From an uncultured Candidatus Saccharibacteria bacterium (GTDB taxonomy: Bacteria > Patescibacteriota > Saccharimonadia > Saccharimonadales > Saccharimonadaceae), in NCBI GenBank assembly GCA_938041435.1, contig CALISR010000008.1:5100-69099 (forward strand): a DNA stretch of 64,000 bases, written 5' to 3'. The position numbers were made by a program, and so were the translations under genes. Below the pieces are notes generated by a model. That model worked only from the letters and a program-made list of their open reading frames with translations, was not told the origin of the DNA and did no database searches. Shown here one piece after another: positions 29,715 through 38,175 of this stretch. Within the stretch, counting starts at the first letter, position 1; each line of letters opens with the position of its first letter.

Positions 29715-30293
29715 ATGCGTGAACATTGGCAGCCGCCGGCGCACACCTATGAGAAAGCACCCGCCTGCATTACAACAGTCGTGCCAGGCAGCGAGCAGTT
29801 TGCGTTACTCAAGCAAGATATGGGCATTTCTGATCGCTATGAAGCAACGCTTACAGAGCTGGCTATGCAGGGCAAGGCGGTGGTGTTTGCTGCAGTGGCG
29901 GATGGCCGTTATGTGGGACGGGTGACACTGCGGCATGATTGGACTGAGCGACCAGAGATTGATGAGCCGTCAGTGAGGATTGAAGATGAATACCCTGACC
30001 TGCCGCAGATTAATGCACTTGAGGTGGCAGAGCAGTATCGTGGTCGTGGTATTGCCTCGCAGTTACTCGCTGCAGCGGAGAACGAAGCGTGCCAGCAGGG
30101 GTTTGACCGAGTTGGCCTGGCGGTAGATATTACCAACAAGAGGGCGGCGATGGGTATCTACGAGAAGCGTGGCTATAGGTATCGATTGGTGGCAGACAAG
30201 CCAACCTTTACCAGTATATACCACCGGACAGATGGCACTGACGAGGCTGGCGAGTATTACTTAATGACAAAGCAAGTGCGAGGTAAGAGATGA
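29715..30293 (+). CDS. GNAT acetyltransferase
   Basis: LEVAEQYRGRGIASQLL, N..A..IYEKRGY; GGAG RBS. Confidence 0.85.
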   Translation: MREHWQPPAHTYEKAPACITTVVPGSEQFALLKQDMGISDRYEATLTELAMQGKAVVFAAVADGRYVGRVTLRHDWTERPEIDEPSVRIEDEYPDLPQINALEVAEQYRGRGIASQLLAAAENEACQQGFDRVGLAVDITNKRAAMGIYEKRGYRYRLVADKPTFTSIYHRTDGTDEAGEYYLMTKQVRGKR

Positions 30294-30919
30294 TGCAGCC
30301 TGGGCGAATCCTTATCTACGGTGACTCGAACGTCTGGGGCGACAAGGGCTTTGGGCAGGATGGTGCTCCGTTGGGGCGCTATGCTACCAAGCAGCAATGG
30401 CCGAATATCCTCCAGCGATTGCTCGGTGATGAGTATGACATTATTCAAGCGGAACTGTGTGGACGGACAGCAGGGGAGTATGCAGAGCAACCGCCATATC
30501 TTGGTGGCAAGATTGGTTACGAAATAGCACTGCGAGAGGCTAGCCCGGTGAGCGGGGTGATCATCGCGCTTGGCGTGAATGATGCACAAAATGAAAGCGC
30601 TTCTGGCGAGCAAATTGTGGCTGATTTACAGTGGTATAGCGCCTATACCCAGGCTTATGCAGCTGATAGCGAGAATGACATGGCTAACGGTGGTAGTGTG
30701 TGGTATATTGCGCCTGCTATTGCGCCGGTTCAGTGCTATGCACCGCTAGCCAGTAAGCTACATTACATCAACGAAAAGCTACGTATTACTCAAACCATTC
30801 GCAATCCACTTGACGACCATGACGATTATGCGCCTGATGGCATCCATTTCTCACTGCAAGGGCATCGGCGAATGGCGCAGGCAATATATAAGGCTATAAA
30901 GGAGGGTGTAGCGAAATGA
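30290..30919 (+). CDS. SGNH/GDSL hydrolase
   Basis: YGDSNVWG, GRT, LGVND, DGIH. Confidence 0.88.
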   Translation: MMQPGRILIYGDSNVWGDKGFGQDGAPLGRYATKQQWPNILQRLLGDEYDIIQAELCGRTAGEYAEQPPYLGGKIGYEIALREASPVSGVIIALGVNDAQNESASGEQIVADLQWYSAYTQAYAADSENDMANGGSVWYIAPAIAPVQCYAPLASKLHYINEKLRITQTIRNPLDDHDDYAPDGIHFSLQGHRRMAQAIYKAIKEGVAK

Positions 30920-31386
30920 ATCGACAGTATGCAGCAGAACAACCACCACAGGTACGTGTTGGCGTAGGTGTCTTTATCTTGCGTGATGGGAAGTTCTTGA
31001 TGCAGCAACGACAGGGGTCGCATGGTGCTGATACGTGGAGTGTCCCTGGTGGCCATATCGAATATGGTGAAACGCCTGAGAAAGCAGCAATCCGTGAGGT
31101 ACGTGAAGAGACAGGCTGCGAGATTACTAACCTGCGCTTTGCCGCCGTCACAAATGATATCTTTGCCGATGATCACAAACACTATGTGACGTGGTGGCTG
31201 ATGAGCGATTGGCAGCGTGGCGAACCTTCTATTACCGAACCAGACAAATGTAAAGAACAGCGCTGGGTAGACTTTGACACGCTACCACAACCGCTGTTTT
31301 TACCCTGGCAGCAACTGCAGCACAGTGAGTTTATAACGCAGATTCGACACACAGTATCACAAAGTAAGCAAGGAGGAAGCGTATGA
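30916..31386 (+). CDS. NUDIX hydrolase (NUDT15-like)
   Basis: VGVGV, PGGHIEYGETPEKAAIREVREETG, EPDKC..W, LPQPLFLP. Confidence 0.92.
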   Translation: MNRQYAAEQPPQVRVGVGVFILRDGKFLMQQRQGSHGADTWSVPGGHIEYGETPEKAAIREVREETGCEITNLRFAAVTNDIFADDHKHYVTWWLMSDWQRGEPSITEPDKCKEQRWVDFDTLPQPLFLPWQQLQHSEFITQIRHTVSQSKQGGSV

Positions 31387-31943
31387 CAAAAATAACCTAT
31401 TTCGTCCACGGTACAACGACGGATAATGAAACTGGCAAGGCGACTGGATGGTTACCTGGTGAGCTGTCAGCAGTGGGGGTTCAGCAAGCGCAGGCGCTAC
31501 CAGAGCAAGCGGCTGATACTAGCTTTACTGTGGTATTTTGCTCGGATCTTGGCCGAGCGATCGACTCAGCCCGGCTTGCCTTTGGTACGACACACCAGAT
31601 TGTTATCGATAAACGGCTGCGCGAAGCAAATTATGGTGATAATAATGGCACGGATGGGGCCTTTAAGGCTAGTTTGCTCCCCTTTGTTGATACACCGTTT
31701 CCGCACGGCGAGAGCTACCGCGATGTAGAGGCGCGCATGCGCGACTTTGTGGCGATGCTGCAGCGCGACTATGCTGGCCAGCACGTTGCCATTGTGGCGC
31801 ACGAAGCACCGCAGCTCGCGCTGGACGTCATTCTTGGTGGCAAGACCTGGCCAGAGGCAATAGCAGCCAACTGGCGCGAAGTTGGCTCATGGCAGCCTGG
31901 ATGGGTGTATGATACAGAGGCAGTAGAGAGGCCGAATGAATAG
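31383..31943 (+). CDS. Histidine phosphatase family protein
   Basis: FVHGTT.DN (RHG variant), SDLGRA, LREANYG, GES, IVAH. Confidence 0.85.
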   Translation: MTKITYFVHGTTTDNETGKATGWLPGELSAVGVQQAQALPEQAADTSFTVVFCSDLGRAIDSARLAFGTTHQIVIDKRLREANYGDNNGTDGAFKASLLPFVDTPFPHGESYRDVEARMRDFVAMLQRDYAGQHVAIVAHEAPQLALDVILGGKTWPEAIAANWREVGSWQPGWVYDTEAVERPNE

Positions 31944-32910
31944 TACATCACAAGATGCTTGTCTAGCGGCCAATGATGGAGAAAAGGCATGTACGGCCTC
32001 TCTTGCACAGTTGCGCACCGCCCTTGCCGCCAGCTGGACTGCGCAGACGGCCTCCCCGTTGGTGGCCTGGTCGCCGAGTAACCCAAGCAGCGGGCAGTGT
32101 GCTGTCTCGGCCCTGGTGTTGCAGGATTACTGTGGTGGCGAGATTTGCCGCTGCGTGGTGGCGGGCACGCCGCATTATTTCAACCGCATTGATGATCAGG
32201 TAGTGGATAGCACGGCCGGTCAGTTTGGCGGGCCGGCGATTGATTACAGCGCTTCTACCATGCGCAGCCGCCAGAGGATTCTGCGCCACGCCGACACTCG
32301 CCAGCGGTACGAGCTGCTAAAGGGGCGGGTGGAGCGGTTTTTGGTTGAGCTGGATGTGGTGGCTCAAGCAATTGGGCGCGTCGATTACGGCCATATGGGC
32401 AAGGCTTGCTTGCGCGACCAGACTATATGGTTTGGTGATACGAATAGTATCGTCATTGTTGGCGAAGCGCCAGCGCGAACTGGCTGGGTAAGGAGTGGCA
32501 TCGCCTGGCATAATACAGCGGGGAAACTGCTGCCAAGCGGCATCATTATGCAAAAGTTGCTAGCTATCCTTGGTAAGGAGCTGCTAGCGGTTACGTTTAC
32601 AGAGGCAATCAAGTGCTTCCCATCCAATCGCCGTTATCTTAAGTATCTAGCCGCTCTCTATAGACCAACGCTTAGACAGCAGTTGCGCATACTAAATCCA
32701 AAACTTATCCTGACGATGGGTGCTATTCCAACCCAGGCACTGATTGAGGAGCCGTTCCGCCGGCTGAGCGACGTTGTTGGTAAACGCTACGCCATGGGTG
32801 AGAGTGTAGTTATACCGATTTTCCACCCGTCGCCAATATCGCCGCGTGGGTATAAAGACAATATTCCAATTTTTGAATCAATACGTGAATATTACAGAGG
32901 TGCAATATGA
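31936..32910 (+). CDS. Fusion of YunG-like domain and uracil-DNA glycosylase-like domain
   Basis: N-part W..SNPS.GQCAVSAL..QD..GGEI..HYFN..DST..QF; C-part IVGEAP, EAIKC, FHPSP. Confidence 0.75.
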   Translation: MNSTSQDACLAANDGEKACTASLAQLRTALAASWTAQTASPLVAWSPSNPSSGQCAVSALVLQDYCGGEICRCVVAGTPHYFNRIDDQVVDSTAGQFGGPAIDYSASTMRSRQRILRHADTRQRYELLKGRVERFLVELDVVAQAIGRVDYGHMGKACLRDQTIWFGDTNSIVIVGEAPARTGWVRSGIAWHNTAGKLLPSGIIMQKLLAILGKELLAVTFTEAIKCFPSNRRYLKYLAALYRPTLRQQLRILNPKLILTMGAIPTQALIEEPFRRLSDVVGKRYAMGESVVIPIFHPSPISPRGYKDNIPIFESIREYYRGAI

Positions 32911-32984
32911 TATACATACAGTAATCTGGCTAAAATCTAATGTAATTGAATAAGCGGCATAAAGATAAATCAAGGAGGAAACCA

Positions 32985-35900
32985 ATGAAATTTACACATG
33001 GCACACGCCGCCGAGCGGCAGAATACGAGAAGGACTGGGTGCAGCGCTGGAAGGATGACCAGACATTTGAGAAGTCGGTGGCGCAGCGGCCAGCGGATAA
33101 TGCCTACGTCTTTTATGATGGGCCGCCGTTTATCACTGGCGTGCCGCATCATGGTACGCTGCTGAGTTCAATCGTTAAGGACGCGGTGCCGCGCTACTGG
33201 ACAATGAAAGGCAAGCGTGTGGAGCGCCGCTGGGGCTGGGACTGTCATGGTCTACCGGCAGAGAATTTCGTCGAAAAGCAGATGAATATTGTGGATCGGC
33301 GGCAGATTGTGACGAGTAGCGACCAGCCAGCACCACTGGATAAAGACGGCCAGCCGTTGCCAACCATCAGCCTGGAAAAATACATCACCAAGGCGCGCGA
33401 AAGCATGGTGGCCAATAGCGAGACGTGGCAGGGTGTGATCGACCGTATCGGCCGCTGGGTAGACTTTACAGGTGCCTACCGCACCATGGACAAGGACTTT
33501 ATGGAGAGCGTCTGGTGGGCGTTTAAACAGCTGTATGAGGCTGGCAGAATCTACGAAGGCGAAAAAGTGCTGATGTACGACACCAAGTTCGCTACCCCTG
33601 TCAGCAAGGCCGAAGTGACCATGGATAATGACGCCTACCAGACAGTGACCGACCCGAGTGTGTATGTGAAGTTTAAGTTAAAAGATAGTAAGGCGAGTCG
33701 CAAAATAGTATTAAATGAGCATTCAAAAGTCTTGTTTGTATGTAATGCAAATGCCGCGCGTTCGCAGATGGCGCAGGGATTTTATAATCACTATTCTCAC
33801 TCTCAAAATGCCGATTCGGCTGGGTTGAACCCAGAGAAAAAATGGGACGAAGCTCCAACGTTGAGTGATTTTGAAACTATGAGCCACAAGCCAGCCAGAA
33901 GTAGTGAGACGATGCAAGAAGTGGGCATCGACATTACTGGACATAAACGACAACTGCTTACGGCCGATAAGCTGGGTGATTATGATTTGATCGTTAATCT
34001 AGCGGAAAAATCCCAGACGCCGGACTGGCTCAGGGGTGATAATATTATTTGGTGGGATGTGGCTGATCCACGTAACGAGAGTGTAGAAAAAAATCGGATG
34101 GCGCGTGATGAAATTGAGCAGCGCGTTAAAAGCCTACTAAATGGCGCTGTTATTGACGATACTGATAGTCTATCGCAATACAACTTCGTCATCCTCCACG
34201 GCTATACGGGGAGTAATCAGACGAATTTCATCCCGTGGCTCAAGGCTGAGTTGGAGCAACGAGGAGCGAGAGTACAGGCGCCGCAGCTCCCCAATACGGA
34301 CAACCCAACAGAGATTGAGCAGGTGCAATATGTGCTTGACAATGTTGCATTTGATGAGAATACCGTTCTGATTGGTCATAGCCTGGGCGGGTTGGTGGCG
34401 ATGCGTGTGCTGGAAAAATTGCCGCACAAGATTCATCGCCTCATGTTGGTAGCACCATCAGTCTTGCCACAATTTTATGATAAGGATTATGAAATTGATG
34501 CAGCAACTGGTGAGAGAAAGCGGTTTATCGATCACTTTAGTTATGACTTTGATTTCGACAAAATAAGTAGCCAGGCGGTGCATAAGACAATCTTGCAAGA
34601 TAATAACGATTCAGAATCGCGCAAACCATCCATGCGGTATATTGCTGATAATATTGATGCAACACTGTGCAAAACAGTTGCAAACAAAAGGCATTTTGTG
34701 GCAGAGCAAGAACCATTTATTCTTGAAACATTGTTGGCAAATGAGGATAGTGATGACGCTTTCCTTCTCGCCTGGACGACCACGCCATGGACACTGCCGG
34801 CTAACCTGATGCTGGCCGTCAACCCAGATATGACGTACTGCGAAGTGAAGGTATCAAAGGGTACAAAAAATGTGTTCTTGATCTCGGGTAAGCATGCCTA
34901 CGCATCGCGTGAGTACTATCCACAGCTGAAGCAGCAGCTTGAGCAACAGGGCTATACAGTGACAATCATTGACCACATCAACCCCGATAGCCCAGACTTA
35001 GCAGAGAATGTAGAGCGGTTGGCACAATACGACTTTGCCAATGCGCATGTGGTGACGCATTCGCTGGGTGCAGCAACGTTCTTGAAGTATCTGCAGGATG
35101 CTAATGTGACGGTTGCATCGCTGACGATGATCGCGCCAGCGTGTGGTGTATCGAACAGTAGTGATGAGCAATGGAAGCAAGAATCAGGCTATGTCGGCCT
35201 TGCGGTTGACCTTGCTCAGGTGCGACGGAAGATTGCCCAGCGACCGACTATTATCTATTCGGACGATGCTGAGGTGCTCAACCAGGGTTTTGCACAGCTT
35301 GGCAAAGAGCTCGGTGCGTCGATGCAGTATGAGCCAGGTAAGGGGCATTTCTTTGCGGCGGAGAAGAGCTTGGCGCCAGAGATCATACTACCCCTAAGCG
35401 AAAAACTGATCATCGCCGAAGAAGCCCTGGAACGCACGCTGCAGGACGAAAAGCACCAGCCGCTTGATTACGACGTGCTGCGCACCTTCCCCGGCAGCGA
35501 ATTGGTGGGCAAGAACTACCAGCCGCTCGATACCGGCTCGACTTGGCCAGAGAATGACAAGATTCACACCATCTACGCGGCAGATTTCGTCTCGCACGAG
35601 TCGGGTACGGGCATCGTGCACATCGCGCCGGCTTATGGTGAGGATGACTTTGAGCTGGCCAAGCGCCACGGCATCAGCGCCTTCCATGTCATCGATGATA
35701 ATGGCTACTACACCGATAGCAATTACACAGGCCTGGAAGTCTGGGACAATAACAAATTCATCGCCAAAGACCTGAAGGAAAAGGGCGCGGTGTGGAAGAT
35801 TGAGTACATTCGTCACGAATACCCGTTCAACCCGCGTAGCAAACAGCGCATCATGTACCGGGCGATTCCGTCGTGGTTCTTCGACATCCAAGGCCAGAAG

Positions 35901-37814
35901 CCGCTGATGTTGGAGCAGAACGAGTATATCAATTGGTTTCCGACCCACCTCAAGCACGGCCGCTTTGCCAAGAATATCGAGCAGGCGCCAGACTGGAATC
36001 TGAGCCGTGATCGTTTCTGGGCGACGGCCATGCCGGTGTGGAAGGGTGACCGCGGCACCGTCAAGGTGGTCGGCTCGTACGCGGAGCTCAAGGAGCTGAG
36101 CGGCGTGGAGCTGGATGATTATCACCGCCCGTGGGTGGATGACATCACCTTTACGATTGACGGCGAAACGTTTACGCGCATCGACAAGGTGCTGGACTGC
36201 TGGTTTGAGAGCGGTAGCATGCCGTTTGCGCAGCTGCATTATCCGTTTGAAAACCAGGCCAAGTTTGAGCAGAACTACCCGGCGGATTTCATCGTTGAGT
36301 ACATCGGCCAAGTGCGGGCGTGGTTCTACTATGTGCATGCCGTCAACGCCGCCTTGGCGGAAATCGGTGCCTTTGGCGAGGCAGGCGTGCAGCACAAAAA
36401 CGCCTACAGCAACGTCATCACCACCGGTGTGGTGGCGGGCAATGACGGCCGCAAGATGAGTAAGTCACTTGGTAACTTTACCGACCCGAACGAGCTGATG
36501 GATAAGTTCAGTGCTGATAGTTTACGCTTCCTCTTGCTGAGTAGCCCGCTGCTCAATGGCGAGGACTTTGCCCTGCACGACAAGGATGTGGGTGATGTGG
36601 CGCGCAAGCTCAGTATGATCTGGAATATGTATGATTTCTTTACCATGTATGCCGAAGTCGATGGCTGGGAGTTTGACGGCACGCTGATTGACCCGCTGAG
36701 TGGCCAGCCGGTTTGTACGTCCCTATCATCCACCGAAACGGCTTCCGCGCACCGGGAATCTCGATCATCAACCACAGGTGATACTGCGGAACTCGCTGCG
36801 CTCAAACAGTCCTCGTATCTGCCTGATGTTGATAACCTCAATTCTCGGGCGCGTGCAGATGTTTCGGAAGATGAAGCGACGATCGGCGCCGTGACCAACC
36901 CCCTCGATATCTGGATTATCAGCCGCTTGCACGAGCTGGTGGCGGAGGTCGAGCGGCAGATGGATGCCTATAATATCCCCGATGCGCTCAGCCCAATTTT
37001 GCCATTCCTGGATGATGCCAGCAACTGGTACGTCCGCCGCAGCCGTCGCCGTTTCTGGAGGTCATCAAAAGGGGCCGCGGGCGCTGAGGATGATGGCGAC
37101 AAGAGCGACGCTTACCGCACGCTACATTACGTATTGGTACGTTTGAGCTACCTATTGGCGCCGTTTACGCCGTTCTTGGCCGAGGAGCTGTATCATAATC
37201 TGACGGGTGATGATGAGTCGATCCACCTGAAGGATTGGCTGCCAGCGGGTGCGGTGGATGAGCAGATTTTGACCGATATGGCCCGCACGCGCGAGCTGAT
37301 CAACACCGGCCTGAGCCTGCGCATGAAGAAGGATGAGCACCAGGAGTCGATCAAGGTGCGCCAGCCGCTGCAGCGTGCGGCCTATGCGGGGGCAAAGCTG
37401 GCTGAGTACTACGAGCAGATCATGGCCGAGGAGCTGAATGTCAAGGAGATTCGCTGGGTTGAGAATGTGGATGAATGCCTGGCGGATGATGACGTGACTG
37501 AGGGTGCCATCAAGCCAGAAAGCTGGGTCGAAATTGATAAGACGATCACACCTGAGCTCAAGCGCGAAGGCTTGATGCGTGAAGTCATTCGCCACGTCCA
37601 GAGCGCGCGCAAGAAGGCTGGGCTGCAGGTGGATGATCGGATTATGCTGCACCTAGCAACGAATGATGAGCAGCTCCGTCAAGCCCTCACTGAGTATGCA
37701 GACACAATCGCGAGCGAGACGCTAGCGACAATGAAGCAGCCAGGCGATGTACTCTACCAAACGACGGCTACAGTAGATGGCGCTGAGCTGCAGATTAGCC
37801 TCGCCAAAGCATAG
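32985..37814 (+). CDS. ileS: Isoleucyl-tRNA synthetase (type 2) with several in-frame domain insertions
   Basis: YDGPPF, GWDCHGLP, WTTTPWTLPAN, GTGIVHIAPAYGEDD, DWNLSR, DCWFESGSMP, KMSKS, SNWYVRRSRRRFW; AGGAGG RBS. Confidence 0.96.
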   Translation: MKFTHGTRRRAAEYEKDWVQRWKDDQTFEKSVAQRPADNAYVFYDGPPFITGVPHHGTLLSSIVKDAVPRYWTMKGKRVERRWGWDCHGLPAENFVEKQMNIVDRRQIVTSSDQPAPLDKDGQPLPTISLEKYITKARESMVANSETWQGVIDRIGRWVDFTGAYRTMDKDFMESVWWAFKQLYEAGRIYEGEKVLMYDTKFATPVSKAEVTMDNDAYQTVTDPSVYVKFKLKDSKASRKIVLNEHSKVLFVCNANAARSQMAQGFYNHYSHSQNADSAGLNPEKKWDEAPTLSDFETMSHKPARSSETMQEVGIDITGHKRQLLTADKLGDYDLIVNLAEKSQTPDWLRGDNIIWWDVADPRNESVEKNRMARDEIEQRVKSLLNGAVIDDTDSLSQYNFVILHGYTGSNQTNFIPWLKAELEQRGARVQAPQLPNTDNPTEIEQVQYVLDNVAFDENTVLIGHSLGGLVAMRVLEKLPHKIHRLMLVAPSVLPQFYDKDYEIDAATGERKRFIDHFSYDFDFDKISSQAVHKTILQDNNDSESRKPSMRYIADNIDATLCKTVANKRHFVAEQEPFILETLLANEDSDDAFLLAWTTTPWTLPANLMLAVNPDMTYCEVKVSKGTKNVFLISGKHAYASREYYPQLKQQLEQQGYTVTIIDHINPDSPDLAENVERLAQYDFANAHVVTHSLGAATFLKYLQDANVTVASLTMIAPACGVSNSSDEQWKQESGYVGLAVDLAQVRRKIAQRPTIIYSDDAEVLNQGFAQLGKELGASMQYEPGKGHFFAAEKSLAPEIILPLSEKLIIAEEALERTLQDEKHQPLDYDVLRTFPGSELVGKNYQPLDTGSTWPENDKIHTIYAADFVSHESGTGIVHIAPAYGEDDFELAKRHGISAFHVIDDNGYYTDSNYTGLEVWDNNKFIAKDLKEKGAVWKIEYIRHEYPFNPRSKQRIMYRAIPSWFFDIQGQKPLMLEQNEYINWFPTHLKHGRFAKNIEQAPDWNLSRDRFWATAMPVWKGDRGTVKVVGSYAELKELSGVELDDYHRPWVDDITFTIDGETFTRIDKVLDCWFESGSMPFAQLHYPFENQAKFEQNYPADFIVEYIGQVRAWFYYVHAVNAALAEIGAFGEAGVQHKNAYSNVITTGVVAGNDGRKMSKSLGNFTDPNELMDKFSADSLRFLLLSSPLLNGEDFALHDKDVGDVARKLSMIWNMYDFFTMYAEVDGWEFDGTLIDPLSGQPVCTSLSSTETASAHRESRSSTTGDTAELAALKQSSYLPDVDNLNSRARADVSEDEATIGAVTNPLDIWIISRLHELVAEVERQMDAYNIPDALSPILPFLDDASNWYVRRSRRRFWRSSKGAAGAEDDGDKSDAYRTLHYVLVRLSYLLAPFTPFLAEELYHNLTGDDESIHLKDWLPAGAVDEQILTDMARTRELINTGLSLRMKKDEHQESIKVRQPLQRAAYAGAKLAEYYEQIMAEELNVKEIRWVENVDECLADDDVTEGAIKPESWVEIDKTITPELKREGLMREVIRHVQSARKKAGLQVDDRIMLHLATNDEQLRQALTEYADTIASETLATMKQPGDVLYQTTATVDGAELQISLAKA
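36726..36874 (+). repeat. Imperfect ~150-nt palindromic element in frame within ileS
   Basis: Nested inverted pairs TCATC/GATGA, CCGAAAC/GTTTCGG, ATCAAC/GTTGAT, CAGG/CCTG, GATAC/GTATC. Confidence 0.7.
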
Positions 37815-38175
37815 GACTACAAGGAATAACATGCTAAGCTCGAGTGGCGCATCAGTAGTGAGACGCCACTCGAGCTTAGCGGCTGGCAATATTTGAGTTT
37901 CTATAGCCATCCTCACCCCTTGCGCTAGCCTAGTATATTTACCGAAAACATTGAGAGGCCAGCTATGAAACAAGCAGAAGCGCTTGTTTACCCGAGATAT
38001 TTTTAGTGTGGTAAGTGTGCTGTACTGGCTACTAATAGGGTACTTAAAGAACTAACTGCTAGCTTGATCACTCTCTCGCGTTAACTCGCGTCCTTGTTCC
38101 TCTTTAAAAAGGCTCAGGAGTACGGAGCGACAATTGCTACAATGGGGCTATAAGCCTGCACGATAATTGAATATC

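Noticed and set aside
29100..29744. 214-aa minus-strand ORF
   Set aside because: Overlaps tag and the GNAT start antisense, has no motif, and spans hairpin DNA
32911..32984. T-box riboswitch before ileS
   Set aside because: Only 74 nt of intergenic space and no T-box consensus or terminator
33720..34146. Thioredoxin-dependent arsenate reductase activity for the inserted domain
   Set aside because: CX5R is present but the two resolving cysteines are absent; only the fold is supported
33681..35399. Inteins or introns in ileS
   Set aside because: No N-terminal C/S block, no C-terminal HN, no LAGLIDADG motif; the inserts are ordinary enzyme folds in an open frame
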